From: Squalus acanthias
Lineage: Eukaryota
NCBI GenBank assembly: GCA_030390025.1
Contig: CM059431.1
Coordinates: forward strand, 143,222,001 to 143,286,000
Reading direction: 5' to 3'
DNA: 64,000 nt
This document shows positions 37,880 to 50,434 of the stretch, piece after piece (the stretch's first letter is position 1; the number at the start of each line of letters is the position of its first letter). The notes beneath the pieces are model-generated. The model was not told the DNA's origin and ran no database searches. It saw only the letters and a program-made list of their open reading frames with translations. A program made the position numbers and the translations under genes.

Positions 37880-38353
37880 GCTGTCAGCAGTGGCTCAGTG
37901 GTCGAACTTTCTCTGAGTCAAATGATCGGGCGGGAGGGGCGTTGTCAAAGTCCTGCTCCAGAAACTTGAACCCAAAATCTATGCTGACAAGTCAGTGCAG
38001 TACTGAGCTTGTGTTGCACTGTCGGAGGTGTCGGCTTTTGTGTGAGACTTGACCGATGCCACTTGTGGCCTCGCTGGTGTTGGTAAAAGATGTTGTGGCA
38101 TTATTTCGAAGACGGGCAGGGGAGTTCTCTACAGTGTCCTGGACAATATTTATCCCTCAACCAACATCACTAAGACCGATAATCTGATCCTCATCACATG
38201 GGTGTTTGAGGGACCTGCTGTGCACAAATTGACTGCCGCCTTTCCAACATTACAAAAGTGACTCCACTTCAAAAGTACCTCATTGGCTGTAATGCGAATT
38301 AGGGCGGCCTGAGGTAGTGAAAGGCGCTATAGAAGCGCATGTCTTTCTTTTTT
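37880..38353 (+). mobile_element. Deu-domain SINE (SacSINE1/AmnSINE1-like) inserted in a decayed CR1 3' end
   Basis: tRNA-like head TGGCTCAGTGGT, central CAGTGCAGTACTGAG...GCACTGTCGGAGGTG, and L2-like tail GAAAGGCGCTATAGAA...TCTTTCTTT. Confidence 0.8.
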
Positions 38354-41300
38354 ATTGAATCTGTTTCCATCAAATATTTAAGCAGTTCATTCCAGATCAT
38401 AACAAATCACAGCGTTAAAAAGTCTCCTAATTTCCCCACGATTCTTCTGCCGATTACCTTAATTCTACATCCTCTGTTTACCGACCCTACTGCCAGTGGA
38501 AGCAATGTTTCCTCATATACTCAAACCAGTCATAACTTTAAACACCTCCAGTAAATCTCCCCTTAACTTTCCCTGCTCTATGGAGAACTCTCCCAGCTTC
38601 TGGCCATGTCGCAATTTTCAGGTCATTCACCCGCTGTGGTCGAGGCTCCGCCCAAGACCTCACACGGGAAACTTCAGTTTGAACTTGATCAATTTCATGC
38701 TCAGTTTATAAGATTATTCTTTAATTTTTATGTATAATCAACAATTCAATATTAAGCAAAACACTTCTAAGGTATGTTATTCAGCTTTGAAACGGATCCA
38801 ATCTCTTCCTTTAACGATTTTATCGAATGGGTAATATTGTTTCGCCGATCGGTATTTAAAAGCTAAAAACTAATATAATTGATATTTTATGAATTCAAAG
38901 TGAAGCTGTCTCCGTCTATTGATATTTTCTAATCTTCCCGCTCTCCCTCCTATCATTGCCCCCGCTCCCTTGGCTCCTTTTCTTTCTATCGAATCCCACA
39001 CTCTACCAGATCCCAGTCCCACAACTTCCCGCACTCTGCCAGTTCCAGATCTCCGCTTTGCTCGAGAATGGCTCCTTGAATATCAGAGGTATAGAGTTCA
39101 AATCAAATGTATTATTGTTGTTACAAGAAGTATTGTTCTCACCCCGTTTCGACTGTGTGTTCACTTCTGGGAACCTAATCAAGGAAAGGATATTTCCGCA
39201 CATTATAGGTCACACAGCTCAGCAACCGAGATGCCAGGAATTCACAAATCCAGCTTTGAAGAATTTGTAGGAAATCGTGCTTTTACCATCAGAAAAGAGG
39301 ATACCTACAAGCTATCTAATGTCCGGTTAAACTTACGAGGAGAATATACGAATTTCTTTGCTCAAATTATTCATCGTGGCAAGGAGTTCAATCATAAAGA
39401 TCTATTAGTTCAAAATGTGAAATTAGGAGTTAGGAGGGATGGCGGGCGGATCATTTCAGCTCATTGGGTAACTGTACTCTGTATGTTTTTTTATTGAATT
39501 ACCAGGAGGTTCGTTCAGAGCAAACCTACTTACTTGCCGGTGAAGTAGAAAATTAAATTAAGGAAAGTTGGTCACAGAAAAAACATTGCCGTTTGAAACC
39601 TACCCTGCTGTAAACAAACTGCAATCTCCAGGTGCTGCGTAGCAAAGACCAACATGGATTTAAACTGAGGAAGTTCGATGTTGGGAGTTTGACAATCAAG
39701 ATTTATAAAGAAGAAAACAAGCAAGTTTTCTTGAAAGTAGAGATGAGCATCAAAAACACACTTTTAAAAGGAGTAATCCTCTCACTACATATACTGCAGT
39801 TTAGCAGGCATGAATGAGAACTCTATTGTTTAACATTATTTGGTTCAGTTCCATATTTATCCTGGCAGTTTTTAAGTGGAAAGCCTTTGTCGCAAATCAG
39901 AAGCTGGCGATCCAGTTATATGCGTTCTATTAAAGAACAACAAAAGGATTCTCCCTGTGTAGTGTTCAAGGGCCCAGACACAGCATCAAACGCACGGAAT
40001 CTCCCGTGCTGTGAATCCAGGTATTTTCCCAAGTCCTGGAGATCCCCTTGTTGGAAAGCTGTGTTTTTGTATTTGACAGAGATATGCTGAGGAATCAGAC
40101 GACTCCTTTTTTCCCTCCTTTATCTCTTTACTAAGGAATTGTCTGGGTTGTTTCCACCCAGTGTAGGTCTAGGAATAAATGATGTTCGGGTCCCGAACTC
40201 TCTTACATTTAACCCAGTTCTGATCAAAGTTAATTTAATTTACTAACACTCGATTAGGAATTCCTCAAGCTGCAAAACCGTCAAGGCAGACGCCAGACCA
40301 GACGCCTTGTACTAAACGCCGTTTCACGGTAAACATAAACAGCCTAAAGTTAAAGTTGGGCACACGGGCGCTTAATAAGCGGGAAGACATGTAATCGCAG
40401 TTATTCATTCATTGAGTAGGATATCATTAATGGGGGGAGTCTCTTAACAAGATTAAGTAGCAAATTTGGACAGGCAATTATGTGTTTCGCTGTAAATCAG
40501 CACCAAAGGATACTGAACATTAATTACAAAAGGGACAATAGTCTGAGGTTCTAAGTTGTTGAGACTGGTTTAAGTGTAATTGCTTAGACTGCTGGTAAAT
40601 AAACCACTTTCGATAGGCTGTTTACTTAATAGCTCTATACCACATGTGAATAAGTACATGCAGAGCTTGGAGGACCTCGTCTTTACCAACAGTGTCGTTT
40701 GTTATATTTAGTAATGGACTGTGATGATTGTTTATAGATATTGATGCGCTTCATTTGATCCACTAACCTTAAATAAAAACACTGTTATGCGTTTCCGATT
40801 CACTAAACTTTCTCTTATATGGAATGGAAACTATTTACCACTTACTTCACTGTTTGTGGTTATTGCGGGAAAAGGCCTTGCAGAAGGCTCTCGTCACTTT
40901 ATGTCGTTCTTTGCAGTCTGAGCTCTTCACTGTGAGCCCACATCTCCCAAAGTTAGGTCAAGATCCCAGATCCGATTCCCATTGCCAGTCTCTCCCCGTC
41001 CTTAGTACCAAATTTGCTAAATTTACACACAGCCCTGCAACTCACTACGAACAATGACATTGTGGTTATCAATGTAAATTGTTACATCTAAATTAAACAG
41101 AGTCAAAATCGCAATGGCAGCTTAAAGTCAAGTTGAAGATAGAGTAAGTTAAAATAAAATGAAATACAATAAAATAAAATAGAACCTGTCGTGATATATG
41201 GCTTTTTAGGCATTACTGCGCATGGACGTTGGTCGGAACAGACTCAATGTCCGACTTGCACTGACTTGTGTTCCAATTATTTGATTTTCTTTGCTGGAAT

Positions 41301-43217
41301 AGTTGTAGAGTGAACTGATATCCGGGGCTGACGGACTTGATGTTGGGTTTTACTCCCCTAATTTGGTGGTCTGGTAGATTTCCGGGACTGGGGAAAATGA
41401 TATCTGGTCACTGAGAAAGCCGAAGCATTCAGACATAGACACAGACCAACGGCACATTTCCTGTTCTTAGACAATCAGACTGTGACCTCATTTCCTGCGG
41501 CTCATCCTGAAGAACGCCAAATTCTGGAGTACCGGTTCCCTGCTGACATAGGCGAGGTGTTTAAAAATTAAATCTGATTCGTCACACTTCTGACACTAAC
41601 AGCCAATGGGTGCAACGATCAGCCGATTCTGTGACGTGTCACCAATTCTATTCAGGAGCTCCTGCATCTTTCACTCCCTGCAGTTTGTTTGTTCAGCTGT
41701 TTTATTTTACTTTTGTAGTTCAAGGATAACAAATAAATCGCTAATATTTATGTTTACTGTTTTTGCGCGATGATTAACCTTGTGGGCAATAGCGCTAGGC
41801 ATTTAATTGCTTTCCTTTAATATAACGCAAAATGTAATTAATTCCGGCTGAGCTAATGCTCCCTTTAGATTCTTCTACCATTGAGTGGAACAATTTGCAG
41901 ATTCCAATGCTAAGTGCCGCCGTCAGACTCAGGACGGAGCCGTGTAATCCTCCAGTAACAGTCTACAACCACAGAACTCTCTGCACTGTTATACAAACAC
42001 ATCCAACGCGATCATCGTGTACCGACTTGAAGATATACGATTGAGAACTTCACGCGATTTACACGCGAAATAATCAAGTCGTTCTTGCTTCTTCATTATG
42101 CAATAGAATTATAGCAAACATTTAAATCTGTTACTGCCTCTAAGAATTTATGAGAGACTAGGTTGCATCTAAAAGAACCAAAAGTTGATCCACAATCCAA
42201 ATACTGCCACTGCACAAGTGATTTTGATTGTAAAGAGGCTTTAAACAGTAGCTGGCTGCTTCAACAGTGTCGGTATTTTAAAATTAGTATTCCGAAAATA
42301 GGAAACAATTCAATAATTCTGTTATTTAACTGAAATTTCCTCAGCTTTAGTGAAATCTGCCGATTGGCAGCAACGGATTTTAAACAACCCAAATGACTTT
42401 TCATTATAGTCAATGAAAAGGGAATTTCGGGTGCAGTGTATGACTGGCGGACAGTCCGCTTCAGTCACATTTCCGGCCAGGCCGAAATTGAAAATGCTCG
42501 TCATTCAGAATATTCAGATTCTACCAAACCTAAATGGACTTTTCAACTTGTGCTAAAAACAGATAATATTGGTGACACTGAATTACTCCTTCTAACCAAT
42601 TCAGGAGATTTGGCTGGAAATAATGAACTTGGGTTAACTTGGCCACGGGCGGGTCACCTATTACACCATCCGCCGGATCTTCACCGCAATATTGGCCGGG
42701 TCCTATAACAGGCGGTGATATGATTTTCCGCTACTGCACAAGACGAGCCTCCAGCCCCTTGCATTTATATAGCACCTTTCAAACAATAATTTTGACTTAT
42801 AGTCAATGTTGTAAAGACAGGAAATACAAAATCAATGTGAACACAGCGAGGTCCCACACACAGCAATGAGGTAAATGACCAGATAGAGTGAAATTGGGCA
42901 TGGGCGGGTGTCGCAAAATTGGCGGTATCGCATCGCTCACCTATTACACGCTTCACCCGATATTCAATTCCAATGAATTCAATACAATTGAATATCGGGC
43001 ATGTGGTATGGCGGTCGGTTAAATGGGATTCCGTTAATTTTACATTTCCGCCCAAGTCGAATTTCACCCGAAAATCTGTTGTAAACTCTCAATCTGCTTG
43101 TATTTCTGCTCGTTGAGTGTTAAATACTGACCAGGACACCAGAAGTTCAGAGATACCAAACAAGGCCTAATCCTGTAACTGTGCGAAATTCTTTACCGAA
43201 CTCCAATCTCGGTTAGA

Positions 43218-43610
43218 TAGAAATAGAAACATGGAAAGATAGGAGCAGGAGTAGGCCATTCGGCCCTTCGAGCCTGCTCCATCGTTCAATATGATCCTGG
43301 CTGATCCTCTATCTCAATACCTTATTCCCGCTCTCCCCCCACGGTCCTTGATGTCTTTTGCGTCTAAAAATCTATCTATCTCCTTTTAAATATATTCATT
43401 GACTTGGCCGCCACAGCCTTCTCTGGTAGAGAATTCCAGATGTTCACCATCCTCTGAGTGAAGAAATTTCTCTTCATCTCAGTCCTATATGTCCTACCCC
43501 TTATCCTGAGACTGTCACGCCTCGTTCTAGACTTCCCAGACAGGGGAAACATCCTCCCTGCAGTATGTCTGTCTAGCCCTGTCAGAATTGTATACGTTTA
43601 AATGAGATGT
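43218..43610 (-). mobile_element. CR1 LINE 3' end fragment
   Basis: Tail and 3'UTR TAGAAACATGGAAAGATAGGAGCAGGAGTAGGCCATTCGGCCC, plus ORF2 C-terminal sequence. Confidence 0.9.
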
Positions 43611-45068
43611 TACTGTTTTTCACTTGGACGCTAACCCATGATAGACAGGCGACGGAAGAGCTGTTACAGTAATCACCCACGCTCCTTCCCCCACCGTCCC
43701 CTTTTATTGTGGGCGGGTGATTCCGGCACTGGGCGGAAAACAACATCATCAGGAAAACTACAGGCATGCAGTAGATGGAAGGCACCGCGAAAAAATACAA
43801 CCCAGCTGTCGAAAATAAAACACATGCAAGCCAATCAGTTTAAAATTAATGTAAACCAACAAAGCAATTAATATAACAGTGTTCTCTGTTTATATGCGCA
43901 AACCGGTAAACTGAATAGAACAGCGGAAGCAGTCAGAGACAGTCCTCTGACTTTCTTACACATCCTGCAGTGTGAACAGTGGATTTACCCAGTTCGAGGA
44001 ACAGCTTCTCCACATCATCTTCCAATCTCCAATCAATATACTGCAGAATAAATTGGTATACAGCTTCTACCGAGGCTCAGATATTGTCGGGCGGAAAAAA
44101 ATCGATTTAAGTCGTTCAAATCTTCCACTGAAGCCTTTGCCTCGAGCAACGCTCTCAAACCTAGGTCCCCAGTGGTGCTGGACAGAGCTCCGAATACACC
44201 GCCTTGCACTGGGGATACCTGGTCAACATCAGTTGGTAAAACAGTCTGGGTATTAAGCGGCACTCTCTGTGCACCAACACACAGAGCAGGTTATTTCATA
44301 TTAATATATGTGATTCCTGGATACTGATCCATGCCTGAAATGCCCCGATTAGGAATTTGTATTTCTTACTCTGTGCTTCCAGGTTACAGGGTCTCTGATT
44401 CACATTTATAGCAGTCAGATTCACCATCATACATTTAGTAACAGCAAGTAACAACTTTATTTGTTGCTGGGCAGCCTTCAACTATTTCTCATTGATAGAG
44501 TCATCAGAAAAAACAGCTAAAGCGAGGCAACGCCAGTAAACATTCAAAAAGTGGTAAAACATCCCAACACTGTGAAGGGGACAGCGGCACCGCTCCTTAT
44601 TCCCTGGAGAAGGGGTGAAGCGGCCCTTGCAGCTGCAATCAGTCCAAGCAACATTTTCACCAGACCTGCTAGAAATAGTAAGGGAAGCGGGAGTTGTAAA
44701 CGACAAAATCTTTCCCTAAAACTGGTGAATTATCCGTTCAATATATGGTAGAATGGATTACACTTCTCGCAGAATCAGATATTTAACCAATTGGTAAACT
44801 ATTGTATCACACTATTGAAGTTCACTTCATTACTGACATTTTTCATACTTAATGACCTTGTTTGGGAGGAAACACTCGGTCAAAGAACTGCGGAAACCCA
44901 CAGTCCATGTTGGCGTAAATTCTACAAAGGGGCCCAAATATAATTCAAATATACTTGTGTACCTGTGAGGTTTTACAAGAACAATCCTTATGTAACGGTT
45001 AGCAGAGGGAACCCCAGTCTAAGTTGGAACACGAGCTGGAACGGAATTCTAATGTTCCAACCGAAGCT

Positions 45069-46476
45069 CTAGTTCAGCTTTCTTTCATGTTTAACCAATC
45101 TTAGAATCAGTGTCGAGGGAGATTTCATCAGCTTCTTCAGCTCTTCTCTGAACTTCCTCTGGGTCGCTGCATAAATACACGGGTTTATACAGGAACTCAA
45201 AAGCTTCAGCATGGCTCCGGTTTCAGTGGCGATATAAGCTGGGTTTGTGCGGTCGCCTCGGTAATAATTGATGTTTGTCATTCTGGTAATTAACAAATTC
45301 ACGGCAGTTGTCAACCAAAGCAATATAAAACTGCCCGATATAGCGAAGAGCAAAATGATGGATTTCCTTCGGTTCTCCAGCTCTGGATCGCTCTGATTCT
45401 CACTCTTGTGACCCCGGAGTCCCCTGCGGGTTCTGATAGCCATTAAAATACGTCTGACGGTCAAATAATTAAACAAAGCCATTAAGGTAAAGGGAAGCCA
45501 AACGAGCCATATGATGTGAAACCAGAGATACGCTTCACCTGGAGGTGCGGAAAAAAAAGCTACACTTGACCGACAGCCCCACTGCACCTTGTTAATTATT
45601 TGCTCAAATTCATATGCAAAAAAAGCGACAATGCCCTTTAAAAAACTCAAAATAGAGAACGATGTTATAACCGCGGCCGCAGTTCTCTCGGTGCAATACT
45701 TTACTTTAAACTTCTGGCAGCAGATAACTACACATCGGTCAAATGTGAAGGAGACGGTGAACCAAACAGACAAATCGAAGGTGACAGCATTCATGTATAG
45801 ATTTAACTTACACACGGGAGTCTGGGACATGAAGGAAAGTGGAAAGTGATAATTTAAAATATAATACGCCATTACATTAATGATCATGACCAGTAGATCT
45901 GCTGTTGCCATGGCCACCATATAGACAGAGATACACTTGGAAAGGCCGCAGTTTCCTCGGCAGAGAATCACGATTGTCACCAAGTTCGCTGTAAGAAAGA
46001 GAGAGGAGAGAAATAATGTTCCAGTGTCTGATAGAAATACATATGTAGATACCTGTTGAGGGCATTTTACTCCATTCAGTGTGATTATCAACGGGAGCAG
46101 TGTAAGAAAATGATTAGTATTGGAGCCATTACCTGGGAAACCCACCCACACATTTTAATGAGCTGCTCAAACGCTCACTCTGCACGTGTTGACAAGACTG
46201 TCCGTAAATCCATAAATACCTTGTGTCGGAGCTTCAAAGAGCATTGAACATCAGTAAGGTTATCAGATTAAAGGAAAAGCGCGGAGTGTGAAACGCGGTT
46301 CATTGTGCAATGCTGACATCCGTAAAACAGTTACCTTATGCAACAGACTGCAAGAACACAGAAATAGTTAACACCGATTAACAACAAACAGATTGCAATG
46401 ACTTACCGGGGACACCGACAGCTGCGAGAATCGGGTACTAAATCTCTTTGACCAGCAGTATAGCTGGTCGCCCCAT
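45069..46476 (-). pseudogene. GPR139/GPR142-like class A GPCR, gene 4, with a nonsense codon in exon 1. Exon 1 46476..46407, exon 2 45988..45069
   Basis: Exon 1 reads MGRPAILLVKEI*YPILAAVGVP; the TAG at 46438-46440 replaces the TAC of the paralogs. Donor GTAAGT, acceptor TTACAG. Exon 2 is fully open, with DRC instead of DRF. Confidence 0.88.
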
Positions 46477-46553
46477 TTTCTGTGAGAATAAATGAATTCT
46501 GCAACAGCTGAGGGAATCTGACTGACGCATGGCTGAGGCAATGGAAGGGAACC

Positions 46554-46633
46554 TATATTTATCCACACATCAATCCGCCAGGGAGTCAATCATGTTAACT
46601 CATAATTAGCATTAGATACAGTCATTTAACAAA
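46554..46633 (-). promoter_or_regulatory. Putative proximal promoter of gene 4
   Basis: GATAAATATA on -. On +: CGCCAGGGA at 46576-46584, TAATTA, and GCATTAGATACAGTCATTTAACAAA at 46609-46633. Confidence 0.6.
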
Positions 46634-46919
46634 TAACGTGAGGTAAGTTGTTTCTCTTGTCTGATATGTCAGATTAAGAGAAATATGAGAAATTGTTATT
46701 GGACAGTTTCAAAAAAACACACAATTCAATCATTCTTTACGAATGGAAACTGGAATCACCCAATACTGGTGCTGACCCTATTCCAGCAGGACTGGTGGAA
46801 GCAGCTACACTGGCAGCAATCGCTAGAACCCTGCCCTTCACTGACTCATAGCTCTCCAACCCCTCCAGAACCGGAGCTGAAATAAATCCTGCAATATTGG
46901 TGATGACACCCGTCCTGCA

Positions 46920-47265
46920 GCGTTAGAGGTGACCGTGCTCCTCCACTGTTAGTGATCAGCTACACTTACACTAGAGGTAATCGTGATCCTCTGGTACTAG
47001 TGTTACCGGCACATTTACACTAGAGTTGACCACACTCCTACAGTACTGGTGATACCTAACACTTACGTTTGAGATGATCATGCTCCTCCAGTACTTGCGG
47101 TAGCCTACACTGACACGAGTGGTGACCGTGCTCCTCCAGTACTCAGGGTATCCTACACTAACACTAGTGGTGACCGTACTCCTCCAGTAGTCAGGGTACT
47201 CTACACTAAACTAGCGGTGACCGTGCTCCTCCAGTACTCGGTGTTCCCTACACTAACACTAGAGT
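46920..47265 (+). repeat. Receptor-associated minisatellite of about 49 bp upstream of gene 4 (resumes at 50020-50390)
   Basis: AGAGGTGACCGTGCTCCTCCAGTACT...CCTACACTAACACTAG units. Confidence 0.9.
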
Positions 47266-50020
47266 TACATAAGAACATAAGAACATAAGAAATAATAGCA
47301 GGAATAGGCCACTTGGCCTCTCAAGCCTTTTCCGCCATTCAATAAGATCATGGCTGATCCTGGGCTCAAAGCTACTTCCCTGCCCGCTCCCCATAACCAT
47401 TCACTCCCGTATTTGTACAAATCTGTCTATCTCCACCTTAAATGTATTTAATGACCCAGCCTCCACGGCTCTCTGGGGCAGAGAATGCCACAATCTGCGT
47501 TAATAATTCTGAGAGAAGAAATTCCTTCTCATCTCAGTTTTAAAAGGGCGACCCTTTATTCTGAAACTTTGCCCCCGAGTTCTAGAATTCCCCACGAGGG
47601 GAAACATCCTCTCTGCATCTACCTTGTCGAGCCCCCTCAATATCTTATATATTGTAATAAGATCACCTCTCATTCTTCTTAATTCCAATGATTATAGGCC
47701 CAACCTGCTCAACCTTCTACTTAAGTCAACCCCCTCATCTGAGGAATCAAACGTGTGAATCGTCTCTCAACTGCCTCCAATGCAAATATATCCTTCCTTA
47801 AATAAGGAGACCAAAACTGTACGCAGTACTCAAGGTGTGGTCTCACCAATACCCTGTACAGCGATAGCAGGACTGCCCTGCTTTTATACTCCAACCCCCT
47901 TGAAATAAAGGCCAACATTCCATTTTTCTTTTTGATTACTTGTCGTCCCTCTGAACTGTACTATTTTGTAATCTCTCTCCATTTAAGTAATAGTTTGCTT
48001 TTTAATTTTTCCTGCCAAAGTGGATAAACTCGCACGTTCCCACATTATACTCCATCTGCAAAATGTTTGCCCACTTACTTAGCCTATCTATATCCCTTTG
48101 CAGATTCTTTGAGCCCTCCTCAGAACTTGTTTTGCCACCCATCTTTGTATCATCCGCCAACTTGGCTACATTACACCCAGTCCCTTCATCCAAGTCATTA
48201 ATGTAGATTGTAAATAGTTGATGCCAAATCACCGATCACTGTGGCGCTCCAGTAGTTACAGTTTGCCAACCGGAAAATGACCCATTTATACCGAATCTCT
48301 GGTTTCTGTTAGTTAGCGAATTATCTATCTATGCCAAAATATTACCCCCAATTCCGTGAGCTCTTATCTGATGCAGTAACCTTTTATATGGCACCTTCTC
48401 AAATGCCTTCTGGAAATCCAAATACACCACATCCAGTGGCTCACCTTTGTCCACCCTGCTCATTACAACCTCAAAGAAATCCAGCAAATTTGTTAAACTT
48501 GATTTCCCTTTCATAAAACCATGCTGACTCTGCTTGACTGCATTATGATTTTCCAAATGCCCTGCTCGTGCTTCCCTAATGAATGACTCCAGCATTTTCC
48601 CATCGACAGATGATAGGCTAACTTATCTATTGTTTCCTGCTTTCTGTCTCCCTCTTTTCTTAAATAGGGGTGTTACATTTGAGGTTTTCCAATCCGCTGG
48701 GACCTCTCCAGAGTCCAGGGAATTTTGATATATTGCAGACAATGCATCCACTATCTCTGCAGCCACTTATTTTAAGACCCTGGGGTGCAGGCCATCTGTT
48801 ACAGGGGACTTAACGTCTTTTAGTCGCATTACTTTAACAAGTACTATTTACTTAATGCGAGTGAGTGTCTTTAGTTACCCCGTACCTGTCGACCCTTGAT
48901 TATCCATTATTGGGATGTTGTTAGTGTCCTCTACCGTGAAGACAGATACAAAATATTGGTTCAGAGTCTCTGCCATTTCCCCATTCCCCATTATTAATTC
49001 CCCAACCTCATCCTCTAAGGGACCAACGTTTACTTTAGCTAGTTCTTCCTTTTTATATACATGTAGAAACTCTTACTATCTGTTTTAATATTTCTTGCCA
49101 GTTTACTCTCATAATTCATCTTCTCTCTCTTTATTTTTTTTAGTCATCCTTTGCTGTTTTTTAAAAATGTCCCAATCCGCTGGTCTCCCACCAATCTTGG
49201 CAACATTGTATGCCTTAGTTTGCAATTTGATACCATCCTTTACTTCCTTAGTTAGCCACGGCTGGTGCTCCCTTCTCTTAACATCTTTCTTTCTCACTGG
49301 AATTTATTTTTGTTGAGAGTTATGAAATATATCCTTAAATATACGACACTGCATTTGAACTGTCTTGCCAATTTATTTATTTTTTCAAGTCAATTTTAGC
49401 CAGTTCTGCCGTCATGCCATTGTAATTGCCTTTGTTTAAGATCAGGACACTCGTTTGAGATACATCTTTCTCACCCTCCAACTGAATTTGAAATTCAAAC
49501 ATGCTATGATCACTCTTTCCTAGAGGATCCTTTACTATGAGGTCATTTATTAATTATGTCTCTTTAAACAGTACCAGATCCAAGATAGCCTGCTCCCTGG
49601 TTGATTCCATTACATATTGTTCTAGGAAACCATCCCGGATGCTCTCTATGAACTCCTCCTCCAGGCTACCATGGCTTTTTTGATTTGTCCAATCAATATG
49701 GAGATTGAAATCACCCATTATTATTACCGTACCTTTTTAACAGGCATCCTTTATTTGCTAATTTACACTCTGTCCAACAGCATGGCTACTGATCGTGATC
49801 CTGTAGACTACGCCCACCAGAGACTTTTTCCCCATATTATTTTTATCTCCACCCAAACCGATTCTACATCTTGATGTTCTGAGCCAATATCACTTCTCAC
49901 CACTGTACTGATCCCATCCTTCACCAACAAAGCCACCCCACCTCCCTTTCCTTTCTGTCTATCCTTCCGAATTGTCAAATACCCTGGAATATTCAGTTCC
50001 CCGCACTGGTCACCTTGCCC
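47266..50020 (-). mobile_element. CR1 LINE, decayed, inserted in the minisatellite
   Basis: (TTCTTATG)n tail at 47267-47290. RT peptides QHGFMKGKS, YLDFQKAF and KLADDTK, plus endonuclease-side sequence toward 50000. Confidence 0.93.
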
Positions 50021-50434
50021 CTGCAGTACTATTTATAACCTACTCCTACAGTAGAGATGACCGTGCTCCTCTGGTGTTGGTGATAGACTGCATTACACGA
50101 GAGATGAGCGCGCTCCTGTGGAGCTCGAGGTTGGCTAAACATACAAAAGAGTGAAACATGCACCTTCACTACTAGTGGTACCTCAACACTTTCACAAGTG
50201 GTGCCAATGCTTAACTGGTACTGATGGTACCCTACACGTACATTAGAGGTGAACGTGCTACTCTGGTAGTATTGATATCCTATGCTTACAGTAGAACTGA
50301 CCGTGCCCCTCCGATATTTAGTGGTACCCTAAACATACACTAAACTTAACCTTCCTCCTCCGGTAATAGTTGTACCACGACACTTACATTGTTGCTCAAA
50401 GGCTCTGATTTTCATATTATGGAAAGGAAATAGT

